Below are positions 12,916 to 28,500 of a stretch of DNA of 64,000 nucleotides, one piece after another (positions within the stretch are counted from its first letter, which is position 1; each line of letters begins with the position of its first letter). The stretch is from Bugula neritina (lineage: Eukaryota; Animalia; Bryozoa): positions 14,746,722-14,810,721 of the forward strand of contig OZ037766.1 of NCBI GenBank assembly GCA_964035545.1, read 5' to 3'. Both the position numbers and the translations under genes were made by a program. The notes under the pieces were generated by a model, which ran no database searches, was not told where the DNA came from, and worked only from the letters and a program-made list of their open reading frames with translations.

Positions 12916-14204
12916 ATGTCTAGTATAGAGGTAAGATAACATACTTACTTTTAAACATAAAATGAATAACAATGTTCTCTATAGGTTTATTTTGTTTAGT
13001 TGATGTTTGTATTTTCAAATAATGAAATTAGGCAGCATACTATGTGGCAAAAAAAATGTTTTAAGATCTTTTAAATGATTGACGTGTTGCTATTTTTAAT
13101 AAAGTAACATTATACCATATTTTACGATTTTAATGCAGTCTTCTTTGAATTTGGCTACAATAGTTTTTCTATTATGAGTGCCAAGTACAACTAAACACAT
13201 AATAATATGCAGCATTATACTAAATGTATTGGCAGATTATGAAAACTTTCTTGAAATATATTGAATTGGTAAACTATGGTATTTAGACAATTTATGGATA
13301 GTATAATTTGGTTTTGTTTGAAAGAGCCAAGGCAAGGAAACTGCTGCTGCCTCCAAAACATCAGAAGAAGAGGTTGATATTGATTTGACTGACCCAGAAG
13401 TTGAAAAGGCAGCCTTAAAAATACAGGCTCAGTTTAAAGGCTTAAAAGCAAATAAAAAGAAGAATGCCAGTTCTAAGGTAGGCAAAAGTACACCCAGTAT
13501 GTTTTTATTACGAATATACTGGCTTTACTTGCTTCTAAAACACTTTAGTAGCTCTAAAGCCAACAAGTCTCTTTCAATAATTAATGAAATAACTACTTAT
13601 CAACTCTCAAAGTCCAAACAAATGCAGCAAAAGTTGTGCAATAGCTTTTGGTGAATCAATGAATGCATTAACAATTTTGTTCACATTACATGTTGTAGAT
13701 TCAAGTGATCAATTAACTTGTTTGCCCATAGTCATGAATAATTAAGACATATAATCTTTACTGAAGTAGATAACCTGAACAGCTCTCTACCTGTGATTTT
13801 CTCATAAGAACATCAATGTATTTATTTTTGTGGCATTAATGTCGTGTATAAAAAAGAATAAAATGTTATCACATGTATAACAATACATATGTATAAGAAA
13901 TATATGTAAGCAGTAACTAAATTAGGCTTATTAAGTGTATATGATTAGCGTAAATACAGCATATAGCACTTCTACAGCCCATGCGGGTCTAAATCTATGC
14001 AGCACGTAGCTTATTCCTCTTAATCTATATCGTCTGCACTTGAGCAGAAAGTTGAGGTTTAAACATGCTACTATTTTACTAACCTAGGGCTATATACTAC
14101 CAGGCAAGAAGTAAAAGGTCAGCCCCTATAAATACTGCTGACTATATGTTAATATTATTTATATTATATACTTTTAGGAAGATGACGCAGTCTCCAGTAA
14201 ATAA
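12916..14204 (+). CDS. Small IQ-motif calmodulin-binding protein, PEP-19/PCP4 (calpacitin)-like, 64 aa
   Basis: Exons 12916-12930, 13325-13477 and 14178-14204 (all phase 0) give MSSIESQGKETAAASKTSEEEVDIDLTDPEVEKAALKIQAQFKGLKANKKKNASSKEDDAVSSK*. The acidic EEVDIDLTDPE directly before AALKIQAQFKG matches the PEP-19 acidic/IQ arrangement. A probable 3' UTR exon starts at 15276, with AATAAA at 15450. Confidence 0.85.
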
Positions 14205-15045
14205 TGTAAGTAGATTGTGACATTTGTTTACATGACCAACAACAAAAAGGTACAGTATGACAAGCTACTTTGACATTTCAGTTTTACACATGTAAACCCG
14301 GATCAACTTAAAAAACTTATAGTGAGACGTAGATTTACTAGACTTTCAACAACTGATTGGACATCAGCATGTGCATGGCTGTAGCTAAGTAGCAATGATA
14401 GCAAAAACCATCCCAAAATAACATGCTTGCTGCTAGTAAACATGTAGTATCCTGGGTGGCTACATGGTATGCATTGCTACACAAATCCCACGCATGCAGG
14501 GCCAGATAATTATATAAAGCTGTTAACTACAGTCGATGAATTCACAGTGAAACTTGATATTTCTTTTTCTATTTTGAGATGTATTTTCCCATCTGTGTAC
14601 ACTGTGCGGCGAAAACCCTGTTACAACACAAGAGTAAAACACCATTCCATTTTATTTATGATTTATACATTAGTCAATTTTTATGACACGGATAAAGCTA
14701 ATACCATGTTATAGCTTCACGCCATGAAAAGTTTATGCCAAATGTAGACTCATTCAAATATGGGCTCAAGTATTTGTAAAAATCTCCTTACATATGTATT
14801 CTGTTTCACTATGTAATCTGTTGAACAATGAATGAACAAAATGATGATATGAAATCTTTTGATTCTAGTAAGTTACAAAAGGAAATTATGTAAAAGAATT
14901 GAGATGTTATTGTTCCACTTCTAAGCAATATGTTACATTTTATAAAGTTGAGAAATCAATATCTCCCCTAGTAGGGTATTAACCATGATCAATAACAGAT
15001 ATCAAGAGTTGGGGTTTAGTATACTTTATAATTGATTCTGCATAC

Positions 15046-18000
15046 ATCCATATAATGCAACTAGTCTTGCATATGTGATGAGGTACAATCTGCAGCACTC
15101 GGCTTTCTCCTTGTGTTTGAGAGCTGACCCCTGGTCAGAAAGTCTGTATTAAATCAAAAGTTTGTGGTTTAAAGTGTTGTAGTAGGAAACTTCTCGTGAT
15201 GAAATTATGTTGTGACTTTATATTGCCTGCTGTACATATTTTAGTACATCTGCATTAAATTTGCTACAATTTTAGATGTTAATGGAAATCATTCACTACC
15301 CGAAGTCATATGACGTAACCAACTACCTGCATTCTGGAAACTAATATCCCACGGCATAGTCATATTAATAAGTTATTAAAAGGATTATATGTACTATTTA
15401 TAGCGTAATTTCTGTCAACAAATCTATGATTGCTGCTAGAGTTTAGTGTAATAAAGTGTATTTGTATTCTAGTTTCTCGTGGGAACAGCACTGTTAAAAT
15501 CAAATAACCTTTAATGTACATGGACTTTATTGGCTAATTATTTTTGTAAACCTGCATGAATGAGAATATTGTGGTTTTATTCCATTATTAATATTATACA
15601 CAATATTATATAGTGATATAGTGAGCTTACCAAAACTAACTTGTACTATACTATTTAATTTACGTAACAAGCGTTTATTCTGTTAATTTTTTAATTCATG
15701 TTTAGTGAACAAACAAGAAATTAGAATAACTACAGTAACCTTGTAATCTCTATATATGAATTCATATGCTAAAGCCAACAAAATAAACAGCAACAATGAT
15801 AAGAAAAAGTTACCCAGTGTACATTTGTACATATAGCCAGTGCTATAGATTATAACATGTGACAGCATATCTCTTTGTTACTGTATATTGCTGTTGTATG
15901 GAAAAAGTATTTCGTTTATATGCTTCAAGCAATAATCAGTAATTACAAAATCTGCAAATATGACATTAAGCTGCTAATGCAGAATCTAAAGTTGGTAGAT
16001 TAAATTTTAATATTGGAGCCTCTGAGCCCAAACTACTGTTTTAAAACTTGCAAAAACAATAGAAATGAAAATCTAGGCTAGTAACTAGGATGTACCAAAT
16101 TTTTAGTGTCCGATATTTTTTCAGCTGTACAAAGAGGTTTTACTTTTGATAAAGTTTCCAGTACAAGAAAGGTTTAGTTGGTCACATACCTAAAATAAAA
16201 AAACAATAACTGCATAAAATAAACAGGCTAAGGAAACCACAAAATATCACAGTGGACGAGATGCAAATAAATTGAAAATCTAAAAATAAAAACTTATCAT
16301 CTCCTAACTCTTTCCTCCTACAGTAAAAACTGCACAAATCTCTATTTTACAATGAAATGGACCTTTTTACTAAAGCAATTGATAATTTCTTTGAAATAGT
16401 TTAAGAGGGTTGATAAAATCAATTTATCTACACATATTAAGCTTAAACCTTATAGTTCTAAAGTTTTTAAATAAATTAGTAGGTGGTGTTGCTATTCCAA
16501 TTCATAAGATTATACAGAAAATCAATCATTTATTCACTCGCTTTTATGCAAGTCCCCCCCCCCCCCCCACAGTTTATATCATTGTAAATAATGTTTAAAC
16601 TCTGAAGATGTACAAGTTACTGCTAAAATATGGATTTAATAAATTTTAACAAATTAATTTTACTATGCTGTTCAAATAAATCTAAAAAACTAGAAACTGC
16701 CTGAAGAGAATCTTTTAATGTTAGACTGCATGTTTTTGCAAATATAAATAGTATGAAAAACCCAAGTGGGATTTTACAAATACAATGTTTGAATAACGTG
16801 TAGCTATATTAAAATTTGAATTTGTCACTTGTCAGTAATCATATGCAACTTTACCTGTGAATACCATCGTGTTACGTTGACTAGCATTTCCTTCTCTGCA
16901 AATGTTAAACATTCCTGTAACATTAGAATAACATATATATAAATTTATAATACACTGGAAGAAAATAAGAATTTTTAAGGAGCTAAAAATTGGATTTAAC
17001 GAGCATGGTGTATGCTATTATTTTATCTACTATTTTGTTAAGAACATAATCCTATTAATGTGGCGATGTTTTTTAAACCATAGCAGATTAAATATTGAAT
17101 TCTAAATAATGGAGCTTTTCTGTTTTATTAATATTTTTTGGTTTGGTACCTGGTTAATCATGCCAAAGTCGTAAATAAAAATGATTGTTAAAACACGTTT
17201 AAAGCTTCCAAAACTGCTGTTGCTAAACATAATTTTTTACAATGGTATTCTGAATGTACTCTAGTGGTAGCTGCAAACCATTCAGCTTAGCTAACAACAA
17301 ATATAACTTTTAATCCACTAGCAAAAACATTATTCCCTAATATTTTTGATAACTAAGAAGCAAGGATTTTTTGATTTCTAGGAAAAAGAACTCACAAAAA
17401 CATTGGTTTAACTTGTGGAGCCACAACACAAGGCTAAAAAGTAGCCAACAGTTACAATAACCCAAGAGTAACTATTAACAACTAAACAGTATGGTTAATA
17501 ATTCCCAACTAAAAGTTTATTAAAACTTTTTTCCATGAGATAAGTGAAGCTGGTTTACCATATGCGGGGCTAGGGACAAAGCCCAGATAATGTCAACTAG
17601 TGATATTTCATTTGATGCCAAGAAAGTTCTATTTTTCAATGATTTATTAACTTTGGCCATAATGGTGGTGGACTGAGAATCTAGCCTTGTGCAGAGTCTG
17701 GTCTGTACCCACTGACACTCCAGAGCCAGTTCTGTAGCTTCTGTACACCCTGCAAGGCAGACTCATCAACTAATCAAACGTTATAATTCTAGTGACGCTT
17801 ATTTCATAGCTCATGCCATGTAAGTAATATACATATTGGCAGTATATGACCGGTTAAGAGCACCGTAGTTTGACTGTTTTATACCAATATCACTACAGGT
17901 AATCTGGAGAAGTGCTTAAAGATATATTAAAACTGTTGTGTTTCTTTTTGTACGTTTTTTTGTCAAAAAAAGAATAAAAATAAAACATGGCCTTGCTTAT

Positions 18001-18622
18001 ATATACATCTTTCAGAATATAACAACAAAAAGAGAAATTGCTAGGGGAAAGATTCAATACACAATGAAAGCATAAAAACCTATCGCAACTTTCCGACAGT
18101 ATAGTATAAGTTGTTGAATATTTACTAAGGTTCAATACTTACTATGGATAGAGCCAAGGCTACTTTTCAAGAAACTTTTAAAAGCCACATAGTAGCCATT
18201 CTTACAGATCTCAGCTAACTCTATCTACAATATTTACATGTGAATAAACTTAATCATTTGAATAAATACTACACTATAACATGCAATATGAAAACAGAAA
18301 ATGAATGAGTAGGAGCAACTTAGAAAAATGCTATGAAGCTACATTTCTGTTAGGCTTAACAGACCTGCCCATAAATTATTTTGTTCAATGGAAACCTTAC
18401 TCAACTTGTAAGAACTAATGTTATAACCATTAAATTAAAAAAAAAAGTTATATTTCAATGGTTATCACTTGTAATGTAACAACACACATGAAGTTGTCTT
18501 GCCTTATGCATAATAGGGCAGGGAATACAACTTACTTTCACTTTGTCTTTTGACTTTTTTGCTGTAGTAGAAAATCCGCTCAGTTTATATAACAACTCAT
18601 TTAGCAGAGCTTTGTCTTCCAT
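15046..18622 (-). CDS. 5' exons of an uncharacterised minus-strand gene; 3' part ambiguous or decayed
   Basis: Phase-compatible exons 18622-18536 (MEDKALLNELLYKLSGFSTTAKKSKDKVK), 16914-16855 (ECLTFAEKEMLVNVTRWYSQ), 15842-15814 (HWLYVQMYTG) and 15143-15046 (LSDQGSALKHKEKAECCRLYLITYARLVALYG), with canonical splice sites. Downstream exons cannot be joined unambiguously. Confidence 0.55.
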
Positions 18623-19809
18623 AACTTGGCAATCAAGCTGAAAATGAAAATAAGTTTTGAAACCAATCTTGTCAACAGTTGTAGCTATGGTTGTTAAATC
18701 ATGCTAATTTGGGTCCTACATTGTATAGTTATACTGTTAGCATAAGTATATTCATAATTTGTATGATATCACTTAGTTATACAGAAAACTGACATTAGTC
18801 TTAAAGGAAGCTTATTTCAACAACCATTTAAACATCCTTTATGAGTTTGCTATTTATTTAAATAGCATATTACTCAAATTCAATGACATAACAACATGAA
18901 TACACTATTCCCATAAAATCATGACATAATTTTTAACACTATTTTTATACTTCTGATGAGTTTTCATACAGACAATAGTACTAATTTTAGTTTATAACTA
19001 CCCTTTAAAAATCAAAATCACTTGCTTGGCACAAAATGTGTACCTAAGTTAAGACTTTTATTATAAAATTTAAAACATAACTATTATGGCTAGCATTAAA
19101 ATTTAACCAAATGGTTTTAGTTTTAAGTTTCATAATATCAGCTATACTTATAGTTAGCTACTTAGATCACAATGCCTAATGAATTATAGTCACTTATTAT
19201 GGATATATAAAACAAGTATGAATGTGTATATATTAACCTACATGTTGATTATGTAAGCATAAGCATGAAAAATAATTTTGAAGTGCAATTATTATTAATA
19301 GATTTGGTAGTGCAAAACATTCATATTATATTAATATTGATATTCCATTGGAAAGACATAGTCATTACCTAAATTTTTAACTTCGATACAAACTAATTAC
19401 TCAGGTCTTTAGAGTAATGTGAAAAGTTAGTGATAAATTTCATGTTTAGATTTTTGTATTGATATTTTGATTTAAAGATTACTTTCACTCTTTTAGTTAG
19501 TGTTTTTGGTTATAGCTTTAAAATTACCGGTAAAATAAAATTATAGTGTAAGAAATCGATATATTTATATTAAATTTTGAGTATTATTTTTACTACTAGC
19601 CTGTTATTAAGCAAAAATATTTGTGAAACCCCAGCATAAGTATAAAGTAGGTATTATAAAGCAATGTAAAATATAGTCACAATGTTTTACATCTTAGCTA
19701 AGGATAAATGTAGCTGCAGTTTAGCATCAGCATCTTGGAAGAGATGAGTTGAAGGTCTAATCTAAAAGTAATCATATTACTATTAGAGTATTAGTAATTT
19801 TAAAGCACT

Positions 19810-20710
19810 AGACTATTATTATTATTAGTATTACTATCACTATGAGTAATAGTAATATTAATTTATAATAATACAATAAGTATAACTAATATTAATTTAT
19901 AGTAATACTTAGTAAAACTAATAGTTATAAATATACTATAAGTTTAACAATAACTAATAGTTCTAATTATAATTATAGTTATAGTAATCAGTATTGAATT
20001 TAATAATCATTTTTAACAACTTATACTTTTACTATGACTCACACTTATAGTTACACAGTATAACTTATAATATAAGATTAGGACTATTAGCATGACTATG
20101 ATTAATTAATAGTAATACTATAACTAAAACTTACAGTTAATGTAAGTGAGACTGAGTGTTACATTTATTTTGGCTAATTTACATTGTGTACCAAAACGAC
20201 CTATCAGATGTGTACGAAACGACCTGAAAAAGTGGGTACGAAACGATTTGCGTACGAAATGACCTGCACCCAAGTGTTACACTTACAGTATCAGTATCAC
20301 CGTATCAGTGTATGAGATTGATTAACTCAGTTTGAGTATTACAATCAGAATAACTTGAACCTAAAGTGTGAAAATAGTACTAGTAGTACTAGTAGTAACA
20401 CTAGTAAAAGTAGTAGACGTAGTGCCTAATAATACTAATAGTACTACTATAATTATTATTTTAACTTATATTATTATAATTATAATAATTATAATAATGA
20501 TTAAGATTATCATAAACATAATGATAATCAATATCATTATGATTATCACATTACGATTATCATTATGATTATGGTTATTTCAATATTTGGTATTACTACA
20601 AAGTCAAATGCTAAGCCTAATGACAAGATACCATAAATATAGTCATAATAACAATAATGATATCAAACCAAATCAATGCAAAAAATTTGCAATTTGAATT
20701 ATATAATTAT
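19810..20710. repeat. Degenerate AT-rich low-complexity tract (TAA/TAG/ACTTAT-type tri- and hexamers)
   Basis: Visible 3- and 6-bp periodicity, e.g. AGTACTAGTAGTACTAGT and ATTATAATAATTATAATAATG. Confidence 0.7.
20187..20271. repeat. Four spaced copies of GTAC(G/C)AAA(C/T)GA, likely a subterminal fragment of a MITE
   Basis: gtaccaaaacgacc, gtacgaaacgacc, gtacgaaacgatt and gtacgaaatgacc, ending in TGCACCC. No partner end found. Confidence 0.55.
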
Positions 20711-21211
20711 TATTTAGTTTTACAGTTTACTGTAAGTGTAAACCGTAAAAGTTAAAAGTAAACCACCTCTTTACAGGATATACAAGTCAACGACTGGAAA
20801 TATAGCCGTAGAATCTCAAAATTAAGAAAGTTATTATAAGCAGCCCCAAGTTGGGAGCGACTGCGTGCAGTAGTTTAAGATCATTGGTGGGGAGTTGCAT
20901 GGTTAAATTGAAACTTTAAGCATGAAAGCTCAAAATACTGCACTCAATCACCTCTAACACGGAGCTGTTGATAGCTAACATTTAAACGCAAAATGAAGTT
21001 GTTGCCAGGTTTCTAAACGTTAGATTATTCGTGTGAAGCTAAGCGAAGTGGTGTAAGCACCCACCCACTAGCACCAGCGTTGCTCTCTCGCTCTTTGGCT
21101 GGTACTGACGCTGAAGAGTGACGTTCTTTGTTACCTGTGTAAAAAAAGTTGTGAGCCAAGTGCCACAGCGGATTAACTTTTATCATCAATCAAATTCGAT
21201 GTTCTCGTAAT

Positions 21212-23193
<1,982 letters not shown>

Positions 23194-23344
23194 CTCGTAA
23201 TCGCCATCACACTGACAATCACTATGACTATGGTTATTAATGAATTGACAATAATGATTGACTGATGATCACCATCAGTGCTATTTTATCTAATTGATGT
23301 AAGTCAACAATAATCACAAAAATGTTTTTATTTTCTGATTTGCT

Positions 23345-24110
23345 TGTAGTTATTATTTTATACTTAATTTTATACTTATAGTTATACTTATAGTTTTAGT
23401 TTAGTAATACTTATACTAATAGTAATAGTTACTTACAGTTATAGTTTAAGTTATACTTACACTTACAGTAATAGTTATAGTTAATGTTATACTTATACTC
23501 ATAGTCATAGTCAATCTCATACTCATACTGATACTTATAGTCGATGTCATACTCATATTGAATTTGATAGGGATAGTGAGTCTGTGATAGTCATACTGAT
23601 ACTCATACTCATAGTCATACTGATTCAAGACTTAAACTTAAAGTTAAACTTGCTGTTATTTTGATTTTCAATTCAACTTCAATTTGTTATAGACTTAGCC
23701 TATAGTTATACTTATACTTATAGTATTAGTACTCACTAGTAGTTATACTTATACACTTACAGTTATACTTATACTAATAATTATTACATTTACATTATGA
23801 TTATCATTGACATTATCATTACATTTATAATTTAAATTATAATTATAAAAATTAACCATTTAATTTTATTTGTTTATTGATATTCTATTGAAATTTGAAT
23901 TTCATATAGAATTTTATAAAGGTATTCAAATTAATATAGTAATACTAATATGACTATTAGTAATAGTCACACTTGTACTATAACTGCTAGTGTTATACAC
24001 GTATAATTATACGGTAGACTTTAAGTTTAACTTACACTTATACTTATACTTATAGTAATACTAGATTTAAAACAGCAATAGTGATACTCATGCTGATACT
24101 GATAGAGATA
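23345..24110. repeat. Degenerate hexamer tract (TTATAC/TTATAG/TCATAC)n
   Basis: Strong 6-bp periodicity, e.g. ttatacttatagttatacttatagtt and ctcatactcatactgatacttatag. Confidence 0.75.
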
Positions 24111-25556
24111 ATCAGAAGTTCTAAAATTGAATATTATGATAATTTACATTATCAAATTCAATATGAATATCAATATTATTATCTAGTAATGATTATATTT
24201 AATTTTATCATTATGATAGTCCTAAAACTAAATTGGATTTTTTAAATTTATAAATACAATTGCTCATACTCTGATTTTATAAATATTTATTCTATTTTGT
24301 ACTTTGCAATAGTAATTCTAATTGTTTTCACAATAACAAAATTGTACTAAATCTACATCTGATATTTTGTTTGCTTTCTGATTTGAACCATATTGATAGT
24401 CATAGTCACATAGACTTAGTGAGAGTAAACTGTTAATACAAATAAATGTGGTTTCCTGTTGTTGCACATTAACATTATCAACATTGACACCCTGACTCTC
24501 CCTTCTGCTGCAAGCCATACTCATAGTCCATATCATAGTGAGTCAGTCTGACAGTATGGGTGTTCCTAATTCCTTTACAGGGTCACTAACTATAAGCTGC
24601 TTTCTGTTAATATTATGTTTAGGTTGCATCTGTTGACTTACAGTTGGTGTTATTGTTGATAGCTAATATTAGTTAATCCTTCTCTTACTAATATACTTGT
24701 ACTAATATAACCTTTTAACGTTTAAGTTGATTGTTCAAATTTAAGTTTTCAAGTTTAAGGTTATGAATATTATTGCTGATATATAGTCAATTTTTATTCT
24801 TTATTTTTACAAATATAACCTATCCCACATCATTGTTTTGTTGAAACATATTTCTATTAAACCCCCAATCCCCCACATTCATGATAATAAGCATCATACT
24901 AGCAGCCATAACCAAAAGAGCGCACCACTTAGGCCTAATTAAGATATGGCTAAATAGACTCAGATTTACACGAAACTCATGTTAGTTTATGTGACTAGGT
25001 AAATTGTGAGTAACTTTATATATTAAACTGCCCTTTAAGCATATTGATAATATAATATTTATTGAGTAATTCTCATTTTGATAATGGCTATGCACTTTAA
25101 GCTAACTTGAAGTTTTTGTGAGTGGGTCAGTGACTGTCAGATCCAAATACCAATAGCAGAAGTGCCATTGGGTTTGAAATTTATTTCATTTTTTGTCCTA
25201 CAATCTCTTACTTACAGTTACTAAGCTGTATAGTTTTATCAATCAAATAGTGCCCTGACTCCGTTACTAAGGTTGATAATAGTGTTAAGCAGAACTTAGG
25301 TAAACTCTCATTCAGTTGTATCAATACATTTGATTTCATTTTTCCACTCTGCATATTATAATCTAAATGATTAAAAAATTATATTGAAACTTAGATATTT
25401 GTGATTTACAAATGTAAATTAAGGTACCAACTTTGAGCTTCGTGTGACCGCATAACTGCACTTTTTATGTAATTATTGTTGTAGAAATTAAAGTCATAGA
25501 TAATTTGGTAACTCATTGAAGTTGGTGGCTTGCAGTTTTGTCATCAGTTGGTTGTT

Positions 25557-28500
25557 ATGAGTACCTACAGTTTTTCCCAGTGGCCTCCAGCTCCTGCAGC
25601 TATTACAGCGACAGCTCCTCAAGCAGCACCACCTCTCGCTGTTCCTTCGCCATTTCCTGTGGCTGGTAGTGCAGATGCTGGTGCTGCTGCTTATGCTGCA
25701 TATGCAGCCGCCTACCAAGTAAACATATTTGTTTATAAGCAATGTTGCAACTCAACAGATATATGAACTAAATATTTCTCTGTTATACTATGGTGCTTTA
25801 GGTGTGTGTTACTTTGCTCACTATTATATGGTAATGGAATACATGTGTTTTGCCCCTATAGCTTACTTTTCTGCTGCTAGGAATTTAATAAATGTAAAAT
25901 AAAGTCGGATATGTTGGCAGGCACAGCAAAGTTCTGGCAATCAAACAACTGTAGCAAGTTCAGTTGCCTTTCCAAGTTCGTTATTTGCTGCTACCACAGC
26001 TCCTGCTACCTCACTTTCTCAGGTATTGAGTTTTAATGAATCCCATAATGCTGTTGGTTATAGTTGGACCAGAAAATAATGTGCCAGTTTTACTAGCAGT
26101 TTTCCTAGAGTGTATACCATCTGCATATCTTTCTTTTTGCAGCCGTTGTCTGCTGGTCCTACATATAGCTATCAAACCCCTGCAAACAACCCTTACGCTG
26201 CTGCTTATAAAGCTGCTGCTGCTTCTGCTCTTCATTCACCCTCGATCTCAAACTATGGTAAGGGCATTTTGCTAGTTACTATGCCTTGCATATAATGTAG
26301 ATATCATGTTAGTTTCGTTTACAAATCTTTTTAGGGAACTACAGTTTTAAAGCATCATAAATATATATTATTAATCAATGATACACTTCGGTGTTTGCAA
26401 AGTCTGAGTTAAATCCGATTGTTGATACAGGTACTCCTAGTGCTCCTTCAGCACCCCATATGACACCATCTTACGGGTCGTCAGTGAATCATGGCAGAGG
26501 CAATAACTCTGACACTGGCAGCGCACATGCTCCATCTCGTGGTTGGTGATTAGCTGAAATTCCCCATCAAGTTTTTAAATTTACTTCAAGTATTTTTTGT
26601 GTAATTTTAGTGATATTTTTTATTTGAAGTTATCTGCTCTATGGCTCAGTAACTAGCTCCTTTACTTTTAGGAGGATTTCATCCTAGCAATGACTGGCAT
26701 TCATCAAAGTCGTCTTTCAACAATAATCAGCAGCGGTATCCTGCTCCCAGACACAGCAGTCGTGGTGGACACTCACAGGGGGGGTTCGGGCCCCGTAAAG
26801 GTGGACCTCATTATGGGCCTCGAGGTCCGCCACCCGACAGAGATTGGGGACCAAGGCCTCGAGGACGTGGTGGGTGGCCTGGCAAAGCAAGACAGCAAGA
26901 GAGCTGGGAGTGGAACAAGGGTCCTAATCGCTGGGCGCCTCCTGCTCGAGACTCTCGGTCATCAAGACGCGACAATCGCAAACCTCCGTCTCTTATGAGC
27001 GAGGATGTAAGCTGGTACAATTATTTTTGAAACCATTTCTTACTCACTTAAATTATTATATTAAATTTCCGATAGTTCCGTTAGTATATTAATTATCACG
27101 CGTTACTCTTTGCAGTTTGACCCTAGCAAGATCAATCAGAACGAGAGACCTGTAAGTATAGACTACATCTATTACACATCATACTGTATGCTACACCTCT
27201 GATTGGGAGTTTTGTTTTGTGAAATATCCTTGAATATTTGTTAAACTGTATTAAAGCGATGTCACCTACTGAGTGAAAATCTAAAAACAAGTTATACAAC
27301 ATATATTCTAGGCTAAGGCATAGCATACCAAAAGCAGATGTTAGTTTTATGATTGTAACTTTTTATACAGAGAAAGAGAAGATTTACCGAATCGTCTGAT
27401 GACAGAGAGCGATACTCCAAGGTACACCATACTGTTCAGATATCTTATCCTATAAGTTACACCACGAGTTCTTCTAAACACTAAGATATAAACAAACAAG
27501 TTATATTCTAATTGCGTGAAGAGTTTTTAGTATAAAACAAGGGAGTCTTTTCATAAATTGGCTGACATGCTGGGGTTGTGAGAGGTTGTGATTATGTAGG
27601 GTTGCATGTGCTGCTGTCACCACTGTTGTGTCTAAAGAATGTTGTTCAGGTGATGTGTTTGCTGCGGCAAAGTGAAGGAGTGTAGAGTCTTATCTGGTTA
27701 CTTATTGAAAGTCATATCAATGCTTCTCACAGAATATTTAATTTTTAATTTATGACAGAGGCGTGTGGATGAAGACCTCAATGTTACTATATATGGAAAC
27801 GATGAGGAAAGTGAAATGGTCAAGTTTTACTGTACTGTGTGTCGTGTAAACATAAAGAGAGGTTATGTAAGTATTGATTTTTTGTAATAGTACTAAAACA
27901 TGAGTTTAATTGTACGTCACTATCTTTTTTTTAAGTAACTGTTTTTCAATGTGATAACAGTTGAGTTGCTATATTTTAAATACACGGTCTTGCAAATTTT
28001 ATGTAAACCAATTTAAAATTAGAGTCTAAATAAAACTGCACATTTTTTTCATTTCAAAGATGTTCACTCCTTCTTTGGTAATAATTTCAGGAGTTTCAGC
28101 AGCATTTGAGAGGCAGACGTCATAAGGAAAAGCTTGCCAAGCAGACTTCAGTAAGCAAACATGTTTTCACTCCGTAGAAACTGTAATTCGCTAGTTATCT
28201 ATTGCCGCATGTTGTATTTAAAGATATGCTTAACATACCCGGTAAACATGCTGTTTTTATGTATAATATACTTGTTTACCCTATCCCGCCACCCGCGCAG
28301 GACCACGGCGGTGAAAGGTGACCAAAGGTGACCATACTTGTTTACCCTATCAACTGTAAAATGAGAAACCTAATTTGAGGTGTGATATGATAGAAGTAAT
28401 ATAATTTACCATGTTTAGTGAATCAGCTCAGTTTATGCACCCAGTGCATTATATATAATTTCCAGTGAGAAGTAATGAAATGATTAAATATTTTTAGCAC

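Noticed and set aside
14500-15143. BRO1-like similarity (GINFSWREAIT) in the antisense gene
   Set aside because: The motif is short and I could not join its frame to the upstream exons without a stop, so no family is assigned.
20187-20271. Spaced GTACGAAACGAC repeats as a CRISPR-like array
   Set aside because: The repeats are only ~12 bp with very short, unequal spacers, which fits MITE subterminal repeats.
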